64,000 nucleotides of DNA from Gammaproteobacteria bacterium. Its GTDB lineage: Bacteria > Pseudomonadota > Gammaproteobacteria > JAIEPX01. The DNA is taken from NCBI GenBank assembly GCA_019748175.1, contig JAIEPX010000012.1, forward strand, positions 1,858 to 65,857, read 5' to 3'. Below are positions 42,493 through 52,128 of the stretch, piece after piece. The translations under genes were made by a program, and so were the position numbers. The notes under the pieces are model-generated. The model was not told the DNA's origin. It saw nothing but the letters and a program-made list of their open reading frames with translations, and ran no database searches. Each line of letters opens with the position of its first letter. Position 1 is the first letter of the stretch.

Positions 42493-43662
42493 TCAAATAA
42501 TTTCAACGGCAACCGCAGTTGCCTCACCGCCTCCGATACACAATGCAGCGATTCCCTTTTTTAAACCATGCGTACGTAAAGCATGAATTAATGTAACAAC
42601 TATACGGGCTCCTGATGCTCCCAAGGGGTGACCTAACACACAGGCACCGCCATGAATATTCACCTTGTTAGGATCTAATTCTAAAGCGGTTATCGCTGCT
42701 AATGCCACTGCGGCAAATGCCTCATTGATTTCAAATAAATCAACATCCTCAATATTCCAACCCGTTTTTTCCAATAATAACTTAATCGCACCTATAGGCG
42801 CGGTTGTAAAGAATGTAGGATCCTGTGAATACGAACTGTGAGCAACAAGTCGAGCAAGAGGCGAAAGATTTAATTCTTTAGCTTGGCTTTCAGTCATTAA
42901 TACCAGAGCTGCAGCGCCATCTGAAATTGAGCTCGCATTCGCAGCAGTGATAGTGCCATCTGCGGCAAATGCAGGTTTTAGTTGAGGAATTTTTTCCGGA
43001 CGAGCAGTTTGAGGTCCTTCATCTAAAGAAATCATTTGATCCTTCACGTGGACAGAAATAATTTCATCATTAAAAAACCCTTTAGCAGTTGCGTCATGGG
43101 CTTTCTGAACTGATTTTAGTGCAAAATTATCTTGATCCTCACGTGTAAAATTAAAATGTTTGACACACTTTTCTGCGTAATATCCCATTAATTTATGTTC
43201 ATACGCATCTTCTAATCCATCAATAAAAAGATGATCTAAAACGGATTGATGACCCAATCGATATCCCGATCTCGCTTTCGGAAGTAAGTAGGGTGCATTA
43301 CTCATGCTTTCCATTCCGCCTGCGACGGCAATGCGAGCATTGCCTGAGCGTAAAGAATCGTGCGCAAAAATAATGGATTGCATTCCTGATCCGCAGACTT
43401 TATTCACCGTAGTGCAGCCAACATGAGTGGGTAAACCAGCTCCTAGAGCAGCCTGACGAGCAGGTGCTTGACGAAGTCCGGCCGGTAAAACACATCCCAT
43501 AATCACTGCATCAATCTCATCACTCGAAATAGTGCTTGTTGCAACAGCAGATTGAATTGCTTTTGCCCCTAAATCAGTAGCAGAAAGCGTTTGCAAACAA
43601 CCTTGGAAATTACCAATGGGTGTGCGTTTAGCTGAAACAATAACAACAGTGTCACTCGACAT
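42493..43662 (-). CDS. Acetyl-CoA C-acetyltransferase (thiolase II)
   Basis: Thiolase active sites ([29 protein letters not shown], and C-terminal CIGGGEAT). Confidence 0.85.
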   Translation of the reverse strand: MSSDTVVIVSAKRTPIGNFQGCLQTLSATDLGAKAIQSAVATSTISSDEIDAVIMGCVLPAGLRQAPARQAALGAGLPTHVGCTTVNKVCGSGMQSIIFAHDSLRSGNARIAVAGGMESMSNAPYLLPKARSGYRLGHQSVLDHLFIDGLEDAYEHKLMGYYAEKCVKHFNFTREDQDNFALKSVQKAHDATAKGFFNDEIISVHVKDQMISLDEGPQTARPEKIPQLKPAFAADGTITAANASSISDGAAALVLMTESQAKELNLSPLARLVAHSSYSQDPTFFTTAPIGAIKLLLEKTGWNIEDVDLFEINEAFAAVALAAITALELDPNKVNIHGGACVLGHPLGASGARIVVTLIHALRTHGLKKGIAALCIGGGEATAVAVEII

Positions 43663-43676
43663 AAAAAAATCCTTCG

Positions 43677-44837
43677 TTATAACGTTTCCTTAAATAATTC
43701 ACGACCAATTAATAAACGCCGAATTTCTGAAGTACCCGCACCAATTTCATATAATTTTGCATCCCGCAATAATCGTCCCGCAGCATACTCATTAATATAA
43801 CCATTTCCACCTAAACACTGAATGGCATCCAACGCACAGTGAGTGGCATTTTCTGCTGTGTATAAAATAACACTCGCAGTATCTTTACGATCTACTTGAC
43901 CTGAATCACACGCACGCGCAACAGAATACAAATATGCTCTGGAGGCATTAAGTATAGTGTACATATTGGCTAATTTCGCTTGAATAAGCTGAAATTCACC
44001 AATTGCATGACCAAATTGTTTACGTTGATGAACGTAGGGGAGTACTAAATCTAAACAAGATTGAATGATACCAACAGGTCCAGCCGCTAAAATAAGTCGT
44101 TCATAATCTAAACCACTCATCAACACTTCCACACCGTGATTTTCTTTTCCCAACACATTCGCTAAAGGGACTTCACAATTATCAAAAACCAATTCACAGG
44201 TGCTTGAACCACGCATCCCTAATTTATCCAATTTTTGAGCGGTCTTAAAACCACGAAATCCTTTTTCAATCAAAAATGCGGTAATTCCATGTGATCCTGC
44301 ATCTTTATCTGTTTTTCCGTATACAACCAGTACGTTAGCATCGGGGCCGTTGGTCACCCACATCTTCGTACCATTCAGAACATATTTATCATCCAATTTT
44401 TCAGCGAGTAATCGCATGCTCACAACATCAGAACCCGCTCCTGGCTCGCTCATAGCCAATGCACCCACATGCTCACCCGACACCAGTTTAGGCAAATATT
44501 TTTTCTTTTGCTCAGGTGAACCATTACGGTGAATTTGATTAATACAAAGATTAGAATGAGCTCCATAGCTAAGCCCTACAGAGGCAGAAGCCCGGCTGAT
44601 TTCTTCCATAGCAACCGCATGAGCCAAATAACCCATGTTAGCACCGCCATATTCCTCAGCGACTGTGATCCCATGGAGTCCAAGCTGACCCAACTTGGGC
44701 CATAGCTCAACAGGGAAAGTATTAGAAGCATCGATCTCTGCGGCAATAGGAGCGATTTCTCTATCAGCAAACTGCTTTACTGATTCTCTTAAAAGCTCAA
44801 TGCTTTCCCCTAGTTGAAAATTAAGACCTTGAGACAT
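43677..44837 (-). CDS. liuA: Isovaleryl-CoA dehydrogenase
   Basis: Acyl-CoA dehydrogenase family, 386 aa. Leads the liu cluster. Confidence 0.8.
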   Translation of the reverse strand: MSQGLNFQLGESIELLRESVKQFADREIAPIAAEIDASNTFPVELWPKLGQLGLHGITVAEEYGGANMGYLAHAVAMEEISRASASVGLSYGAHSNLCINQIHRNGSPEQKKKYLPKLVSGEHVGALAMSEPGAGSDVVSMRLLAEKLDDKYVLNGTKMWVTNGPDANVLVVYGKTDKDAGSHGITAFLIEKGFRGFKTAQKLDKLGMRGSSTCELVFDNCEVPLANVLGKENHGVEVLMSGLDYERLILAAGPVGIIQSCLDLVLPYVHQRKQFGHAIGEFQLIQAKLANMYTILNASRAYLYSVARACDSGQVDRKDTASVILYTAENATHCALDAIQCLGGNGYINEYAAGRLLRDAKLYEIGAGTSEIRRLLIGRELFKETL

Positions 44838-44857
44838 AAGGCTCCCTTTCGTATGTA

Positions 44858-45646
44858 ATGTCCGTTTATCTGACTCGTCGCATGAGCGATTCCATTATGG
44901 TAGACTCCCTACCTATTTCGTCTTATTCTACCGTCACTGACGAGGAGAAAACAATGGATACTGTCGTTAAAGACCTACTTTTAAGCGGACACAACCTCTT
45001 AGACTATCAACATATGTTTGATTTAAGTGAGTCGGATTTAAATAAAAAAATCATAACGTGTGCCAGCGGGTTTGATACCTTTAATCTCGAAATGTCTGCC
45101 CAAGGAAAATCTATTGTTTCATGTGCACGAAATTATGACCTCAATGAAAAAGAAATGAGAGCATTAGTCGAAAAAAATATTGCACGCATGAAAGATCATT
45201 TTGACGAACATCAAGAGCAATATTTATTGGATACTAGTGCCACCTGGAGTGATGTCAAAAATAATCTATTACTTGCAGCCGAGCGTTTTCTTGTTGATTA
45301 TCCTAAAGGACAAAGTGAAAAACGCTATCAAGCAGAAGTATTACCAAAATTAAATTTTCCAGACAGTTCTTTTGATTTGGCTCTTTGTTCACATTATCTT
45401 TTTGCACAAATCGGATTGAGTTTGGAACAACACGTTTCGTTCATCAAAGAATTGTGTAGAGTTGCAAAAGAAGCAAGAATTTTTCCGCTATCCAATGCAT
45501 ACGGTGAAATATCTGATTTATTAGGGCCAGTCATGCTTCAACTACAAATGCAGCATTACGGAGTAGAGCTCAAACAAGTAGGATACGAATTTCAGCGGGG
45601 CAGTAATGCTATGTTGAGAATTTGGCCAACTGCATGTCAAGTCTAG
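44858..45646 (+). CDS. Hypothetical protein, possibly a class I SAM-methyltransferase-like fold
   Basis: Weak motifs only ([21 protein letters not shown]). Confidence 0.35.
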   Translation: MSVYLTRRMSDSIMVDSLPISSYSTVTDEEKTMDTVVKDLLLSGHNLLDYQHMFDLSESDLNKKIITCASGFDTFNLEMSAQGKSIVSCARNYDLNEKEMRALVEKNIARMKDHFDEHQEQYLLDTSATWSDVKNNLLLAAERFLVDYPKGQSEKRYQAEVLPKLNFPDSSFDLALCSHYLFAQIGLSLEQHVSFIKELCRVAKEARIFPLSNAYGEISDLLGPVMLQLQMQHYGVELKQVGYEFQRGSNAMLRIWPTACQV

Positions 45647-45815
45647 AGATAGGTCAGTAGGCTTTTGACATTTTGCGCCTTGGTTAGAATGGCTAAAACG
45701 TTCAGATTTTGTCCAGGTTGGGTGAAAATTGTTTTTAAAACCGAGTTTACTCTTGATAAATGAGGATTTTAAAATCAATTTTTACGCCCAAGATAGTCTA
45801 AATATGGACGTTTAG

Positions 45816-46706
45816 TTACACATTCACAACACCATGTGGCACATGCCCCGTAGCCACATGCTGACTCGCCGAATCACAATGAACCCGTTGATCATCGAAA
45901 AATATATCAGCCCCAAACGCTTTCAAAAAATGACCTTTCTCTAAGCCACCTAAAAATAACGCTTCATCTAAACGAATATTCCATGATCGTAACGTACGAA
46001 TAACGCGCTCATGAGCGGGTGCAGAACGAGCCGTCACCAAAGCTGTACGCAGTGGTGAATTTTCAGTGGGTAATAGCTGTTGTAATTGATGCAATGCACT
46101 TAAAAATCCTTTAAAAGGGCCTCCAGGTAGGGGATTAAAGGCAGAGGCCTTTTCACTCTCCACAAAAGCCTCAAGCCCCTGTTCTTGATAAACCCGTTCA
46201 GCATCATCGCCAAAAATCACGGCGTCTCCATCAAATGCAATACGAAGTTGATGATGGCTTTGGCTAGAGGGTTCTTCGTTCAAAATTGTTGCCGCAGCAC
46301 AATTATCAGCGAGTGCATTTCGGACATCGGCAGGATCCATCGATAAAAACAAATGTGAGCCAAACGCTGAAATATAACGATAAGGACTTTCCCCGCTGCA
46401 AAATGCTGCGCGAGTAATATCCAGTTGATAATGTGCAATCGAGTTAAAAACGCGTAAGCCCGTATCGGCACTGTTGCGAGAGAGCAGTATGATTTCGACA
46501 TATGGTCCGTACTTGTTTAGATTAAGCAGTTTCTGAACCAACCCAAATGCCCCACCAGGCTCTAAAATATTGTTTTCATGCTCGACCTGATAGCGCGCAA
46601 AGGCTTCCACGCCTTTTTCTTCATAGACTGTATTGCTCTCAGTCAAGTCAAATAAAGCCCGGGATGAGACCGCGATCACTAATTTATCGTCTAAATGCTT
46701 AGGCAT
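45816..46706 (-). CDS. Putative 5'-nucleotidase (pfam06189-like)
   Basis: About 296 aa with a HAD-like N-terminus (VIAVSSRALFD). Assignment from memory of the family only. Confidence 0.4.
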   Translation of the reverse strand: MPKHLDDKLVIAVSSRALFDLTESNTVYEEKGVEAFARYQVEHENNILEPGGAFGLVQKLLNLNKYGPYVEIILLSRNSADTGLRVFNSIAHYQLDITRAAFCSGESPYRYISAFGSHLFLSMDPADVRNALADNCAAATILNEEPSSQSHHQLRIAFDGDAVIFGDDAERVYQEQGLEAFVESEKASAFNPLPGGPFKGFLSALHQLQQLLPTENSPLRTALVTARSAPAHERVIRTLRSWNIRLDEALFLGGLEKGHFLKAFGADIFFDDQRVHCDSASQHVATGHVPHGVVNV

Positions 46707-46803
46707 ATTGTGTTCCTTATAGACTGATCTAACTTATTTCAAATCTTGAAGTCATTTTCTCACAATTAGATTAATTAAGGTATAGGTGGGGTAGATCCGA
46801 CCC

Positions 46804-48636
46804 CTACTGTTTAAAATGGCGCGTTTCTTCTTTTGCTCTTTGCTGAGATGGCATACTTTGCACTACTTTAGCTTTGACCTGATCGAGTTTAATCAGGGCA
46901 ACGTCAATGACATCTGCTGCTGCATTTGCTCGAGGATTTATTTTTTGATCTTTTTCTAACTTTACAACTTCTTCGTTTAATTTTTTGCTTAGTTTAGTCA
47001 CTGCAGCTAACATTTTCTGCAAATTATCAGGAGAAGAGAGCACTTTTGAATCATTGGCGAGCTTCTCTAAGCGTTCAATTTGCTCACCAAATCCCATCGC
47101 TTGAGTTAATATTCTTCTATTTTCTTCTAAACCTTTTAGCTTTTCTGGATTCGTCGTATTAGAGGATGCAATTTCAGTTCTAAGTCGATTATAATCAGAT
47201 ACAGCTTTTAATGGTTGCACTGATATTGATGAGGGACCCGGCGAATTAACTAGTTTATCTATACTCTTTGATATGTTATCGACATTAACGGTTATATTTA
47301 TTTCTGAAGTTGAAGCCCTATTACTTGGACGTGGTGGTATAGGTGGTGCTTTTGCACTCACAGAGGCTGCAGGCTCAGCAGCACTTCTTCTTGATCCCAT
47401 AATAACTTTTGGTTTTGCTTCTTCAAGCTGGGCCTTCATCTCATGCAGTCTGTCAAGAAATTGGCCTGGGTTGTTACCAGCATTAATTTTTGCTTCGATT
47501 GAATTAAATTCTTCCATAAATTTTTTATGCGGACTATTTGGATCTCGTCTGCTGATCAATGGATCCAAATTATGGCCTTTCTCCAACATTTCTCTAATTG
47601 CATCTCTAGCTTCTTTATACTCAATCGCTTGGAGTGGTTTAAGTTCTTTATAAAGAGCACTTTCCATTTTATTGAGTTCTGAGATAGCGACCTTAATGAC
47701 ATAGTAATAGGCTGACTGCGCATCACTCATTTTACGAGGTAGCGCAGTCAAAGCACTCTTCAATTCACCCTTGAACTTTATAACTTCTGACAATTGAGCT
47801 TCTACTTTATTGCTGTTTTTTGATCTTATAGCCGTATTGTTTTTAGTTGATATTGTGCTAAGAATATCTTTTAAACCAGACCATTCCATTTCAGAGTCAA
47901 TTGATTCTGGTATAGATTTAGTTGTCCTATAGTCAGAATATCCATCTTCAATTTTTGCCCTGAATTTTTTTTTATCTATCCCTGTAGATTCATCTATACC
48001 CTTAATGCGGTCTACTAAATCTTGTTCTATTTTTGAACCTTTCGTGTACAATTGTCTTGTGGCATTATGATCGGGCTCAACAACAGGAGCTGGTTCATCG
48101 AGTATATCTATCAACTCTGATGTACTCTGATCTTCAAGCTCACGGACTTCTTTTTCAACGTCAACATCATGTAGTAATAGAATGCTTTCTACTATCTGAA
48201 AGTTACCTCGAATAATCGTTTCTTGATTCTCTCTCTCTTCCATAGGAAGACTATTGAAATCTCCATTATTTTTCAAAGCTGCAAATTTATTTTTTAAAGA
48301 ACTAATGCGTTGGATAATATCAGGCCCAATTGAAGTCTCAATATTAAGTTGACCAATAATATCATCAAGTGCTTCGTATATTTCACTACTTTGAACTCGT
48401 GTTTGTATTACTATTTTTAGCCGTTCAGCTGCTGCATTAATGAGGTTGCTGATTCCATGTACTTGTTGAGAAAACTCTGCTTTATTCTCACCTTCGTACT
48501 GATCTACGGTTTTTTTAATATCACGATACTCATTTTGCACATGATTAATGCCCGCCGAAAGTATAGCATTACGATCTGGATATTTTGTATGAAATCCCCT
48601 TATTAACTCCTGAACAGTGCTCTCTTTAATCTTCAT
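46804..48636 (-). CDS. Hypothetical coiled-coil protein (effector-like)
   Basis: 610 aa, K/E-rich helical, with a P/S-rich segment. No recognisable domain. Confidence 0.5.
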   Translation of the reverse strand: MKIKESTVQELIRGFHTKYPDRNAILSAGINHVQNEYRDIKKTVDQYEGENKAEFSQQVHGISNLINAAAERLKIVIQTRVQSSEIYEALDDIIGQLNIETSIGPDIIQRISSLKNKFAALKNNGDFNSLPMEERENQETIIRGNFQIVESILLLHDVDVEKEVRELEDQSTSELIDILDEPAPVVEPDHNATRQLYTKGSKIEQDLVDRIKGIDESTGIDKKKFRAKIEDGYSDYRTTKSIPESIDSEMEWSGLKDILSTISTKNNTAIRSKNSNKVEAQLSEVIKFKGELKSALTALPRKMSDAQSAYYYVIKVAISELNKMESALYKELKPLQAIEYKEARDAIREMLEKGHNLDPLISRRDPNSPHKKFMEEFNSIEAKINAGNNPGQFLDRLHEMKAQLEEAKPKVIMGSRRSAAEPAASVSAKAPPIPPRPSNRASTSEINITVNVDNISKSIDKLVNSPGPSSISVQPLKAVSDYNRLRTEIASSNTTNPEKLKGLEENRRILTQAMGFGEQIERLEKLANDSKVLSSPDNLQKMLAAVTKLSKKLNEEVVKLEKDQKINPRANAAADVIDVALIKLDQVKAKVVQSMPSQQRAKEETRHFKQ

Positions 48637-48714
48637 AGCCTTACCTTCTACAACTATAACCAGTGCCGATCTACACTTACAATTATAGCTTATAGGGTAG
48701 TTGTTTGCCTGTGA

Positions 48715-51700
48715 TCAGGCCTCAATAGCCTCATAGTTCCAGGCGTAGAAAAGGCTAGAACGAGGGAAGTAGAGGGCCAGCTGGATAGGCCGCTGTTCCA
48801 GGCAGGAGAAGGCTTTGGCATAGAGATGGAGCTGAGAGGCATGGTAATGGAAGGCCTCTAGCAGGAAGGCATCGGGCATTTGTTCTGCCTTTGGAATAGC
48901 ACTCTTATAATCTATAATCCAACGCTGGCCTTCATTATCAACAAAGGTCCTATCAATGATACAGTGAACGACCTCATTATTTTGTACCAGAGTAATAGGG
49001 TATTCAGAATGGCTTTCAGCATGTTGACTCAGAATCCAACGACCTTTTTCGTCAGCCAACGTTTTAACGAGTGCGTCAGAAATAATTTCTAACGAAGATT
49101 GAATCTCGGAATGAGCGACTCCTAATTGTTGTAGCTGAGTTTCCCAGAGTGGATAATGATCAATTGAATTAAAATTTTGCCAACGTTGCAAACCTTCATT
49201 GGCAATGCGCTCTAACATGCGATGAATAACTGTACCAATATGTTCCGCTGTTTGATCAAGAGACCAATCAGGTAAAGTTGATAACTCCTCATTAATTGGT
49301 GAGTCTTGATGTACAATGACACCAACTATTTGTGTTTTATCAGGATTTTGAAAATCGGCAGGCAACCTAGCCATGTTTTTCACCGACTTTTGAATAATAT
49401 CAGGTACTGAATGAATATCTTTTGCTTGATGAAATTCATGTTCTATATGTGGCCATAACATTCGCAAAAAACTATCTTGAGGAGGAAGCGATAATACCTC
49501 TTCATCAGAAATTTCAACATTTCCCAATAAATGAAGGGCTTTTTTCGCACGAGTAGCTGCAACATAAAGCACTCGAGTAATTTCATATTGGGATTTGCAC
49601 GCATCTTGAAAGCGTAGATAATTATAGATTGAATCTCCCAAGCTGGCAGTTGGTTTAATCGGACCTAGTATTAAGTCGGCTTGAGCATCCGGACGAGGAC
49701 GTTCCCACCAGAGTAATAATTGTGCACTATCCGCTTTTGCAGTACGTTCTAAACCCGGTAAAATCACCACATCAAATTCGAGTCCTTTTGCTTTATGCAT
49801 GGTCATAATTTGTAAACGATCATCAGATTCTGGATCGACGGTTGCAAATAAATTATTGAGTTGATTTTCAATTAAAGAAAAATCATACATTTCAAGAGGA
49901 GAAAGTTGATCGAGTAATGCAAAATAACGATCAGCATTTTGAAAATCAGCGGATTGTTTAATACATGAAAGTCCGCCAAGAGCTTTCCATGTTGAATGAA
50001 TCCAATTACGTAATGTCAGTCGTCCTCGTTGTGAGAGTGCTTGTTGCAAAATGGGTACAACACGGGTTAAACGAGTTTTGGCGTCTTCAGTAAAATTTTC
50101 AATCGTTTCGAACTGTTCGATCACAGACCATAAAACGCCTGAGCCAGCCGCTTGTGTGATCACCAATAAATCGGCCAATGATAATCCACACCACGGAGCA
50201 CGCAAAACTGCCAACCACGCAATTCTATCGGCAGGATGGAGTAGAGCTCTAGTCAACGCGAAACAATCTTGAATGACTGCACGATGACTCATTTTCTCCA
50301 TATCTTGCGCCTGATATCGGAGACCCTTTCTTTGTAGTGCAACAAAAATTGCCGCAGCGTGATGTCTTGCTCGAACTAAAATAGCGACTCGGGATTCAGG
50401 GTTTTCTTCACGTGTTTTATCAATAATTGAAACCACTTTTTGAGCTTCTTCATCAGTATTTGAATTAATTAATGGATGAACAGCAACATTACCTTCTTCC
50501 GATTGTTCTGGAGAATGAGAAGGAGCGTAAGTCACGGCTCCAACACTCATTTCATCTTGAGCAGGAAACAGTGTTTGAAAAGAAGAATTAATCCACTCAA
50601 TAATTTGAGGTTTTGATCGAAAATTCACCGTGAGTTGCAAAGGTGTCAACGCTATATCATTAATTCCCTGTAATTGAGCGCGTAAAAATAAACCTACCTC
50701 AGCTTCCCTAAATCGATAAATTGATTGCATGGGATCACCCACTAAAAATAGTGTTCGACCATCATTGGGTTGCCAGCCAGCAGTCAGTAATTCGATTAAA
50801 TGAAATTGGGGTGTAGAGGTATCTTGAAATTCATCCACTAATAAATGTCGAATTCGATAATCCCAATTGAGCGCCATTTCTGTAGGATTATCGGCAGAAC
50901 CTAACGCCAGACGTGCTCTTGTGGCCACCTCAATAAAATCGACACCATGATGTTCTCTAAAAACCAACTGCAATTGTGCAGCTAAAATCGGCAGCAAGAT
51001 GACCAAATCGGATAAAATTTGCCATTGTTCATCGGAATACTTAGGTGGAGGTAGCTGCTGTATTTCTAACAATAGTTGATGCAGTTCCTCGTGATTTTTT
51101 AGTTCACTGATCAAATCCTCTAAACGTTGTTTGGCTCTGATACGCTGCTCTTTTTCAGACGCTATTTTTGTTGCTGAAGGAGCTAAAAACCCTTGAGCCG
51201 TTGTAAATGATTTCCGCCAGTCTCCCGTTTGAGTCAATAAAAAATTGGCGATCGTTTGCCAGGCAGACAAATCATCTACATTTGCAGCGGGGAAGTCTGC
51301 TTGATCCAAGAAAGTTTCAAATGGATTTTCAGTTTCGATCTGTGAAAGCACTGTTGCAGCAGATCGTAATAAAAATAGTAATTCAGATTGGCAATGTTGA
51401 GGAAACAAATCAACACTCAATTCTAGAGTATCAGTAATCACATGCTCTAAGCTTAACTCAAGTGCATGTCGTTTACTTTCTAAATCATTATGCTCCAATA
51501 AATGGGCTAACCATTGATCTCGACGTCCTAACATTGAGGTCAACATTTTTTGGACGGTATTCCAATCATTATCAAGATGCAGTAATAAACGGGCCAACGC
51601 AGGTTGCCAACTTGAGTCTTGCGATAATTGTTTCATCAACTCACGAGCGGCTTGTTGATAATACGGAGTAGGATCGCTAAATACCGAAGGTTCTGAACCA

Positions 51701-52113
51701 AATTGGGATAAATACGGCGCACTTCGTGCAATATTTGCGCACAATGAATCAATTGTTTGAAGTCGTAAACGATTAGGATTTTGTAATAGTTGCCATTTTT
51801 TTTGAGCATCCACTTCAAGAACTTTACGCGCTAATGTCCAGGTTACTAAAGCATGTGGTTGCTCAGGCTCTGGTTGAGTTTGAGCAATCATTAAGGCCGA
51901 TAACAAACGCTTACGCATTTCGGCAGCGGCTTTACGAGTAAAAGTGATAGAAACAATATGCTCAGGTTCTTCGCAGGCATACGCTAATAATGATAATATT
52001 CGTTGTATCAATAATTCTGTTTTTCCTGATCCCGCAGGCGCTTGTACAATAAAAGAACGCTTTACATCCAGGGCTTGTGAGCGCTCATCGGCATCAATAA
52101 TATTATAATCCAT
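48715..52113 (-). CDS. addA: ATP-dependent helicase/nuclease subunit A (AddA, UvrD-like helicase plus PD-(D/E)XK nuclease)
   Basis: 1132 aa. N-terminal Walker A APAGSGKTE, UvrD helicase motifs, and a C-terminal RecB-type nuclease motif IIDYKS. Confidence 0.8.
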   Translation of the reverse strand: MDYNIIDADERSQALDVKRSFIVQAPAGSGKTELLIQRILSLLAYACEEPEHIVSITFTRKAAAEMRKRLLSALMIAQTQPEPEQPHALVTWTLARKVLEVDAQKKWQLLQNPNRLRLQTIDSLCANIARSAPYLSQFGSEPSVFSDPTPYYQQAARELMKQLSQDSSWQPALARLLLHLDNDWNTVQKMLTSMLGRRDQWLAHLLEHNDLESKRHALELSLEHVITDTLELSVDLFPQHCQSELLFLLRSAATVLSQIETENPFETFLDQADFPAANVDDLSAWQTIANFLLTQTGDWRKSFTTAQGFLAPSATKIASEKEQRIRAKQRLEDLISELKNHEELHQLLLEIQQLPPPKYSDEQWQILSDLVILLPILAAQLQLVFREHHGVDFIEVATRARLALGSADNPTEMALNWDYRIRHLLVDEFQDTSTPQFHLIELLTAGWQPNDGRTLFLVGDPMQSIYRFREAEVGLFLRAQLQGINDIALTPLQLTVNFRSKPQIIEWINSSFQTLFPAQDEMSVGAVTYAPSHSPEQSEEGNVAVHPLINSNTDEEAQKVVSIIDKTREENPESRVAILVRARHHAAAIFVALQRKGLRYQAQDMEKMSHRAVIQDCFALTRALLHPADRIAWLAVLRAPWCGLSLADLLVITQAAGSGVLWSVIEQFETIENFTEDAKTRLTRVVPILQQALSQRGRLTLRNWIHSTWKALGGLSCIKQSADFQNADRYFALLDQLSPLEMYDFSLIENQLNNLFATVDPESDDRLQIMTMHKAKGLEFDVVILPGLERTAKADSAQLLLWWERPRPDAQADLILGPIKPTASLGDSIYNYLRFQDACKSQYEITRVLYVAATRAKKALHLLGNVEISDEEVLSLPPQDSFLRMLWPHIEHEFHQAKDIHSVPDIIQKSVKNMARLPADFQNPDKTQIVGVIVHQDSPINEELSTLPDWSLDQTAEHIGTVIHRMLERIANEGLQRWQNFNSIDHYPLWETQLQQLGVAHSEIQSSLEIISDALVKTLADEKGRWILSQHAESHSEYPITLVQNNEVVHCIIDRTFVDNEGQRWIIDYKSAIPKAEQMPDAFLLEAFHYHASQLHLYAKAFSCLEQRPIQLALYFPRSSLFYAWNYEAIEA

Positions 52114-52128
52114 CGTCTAAAAACTCCA

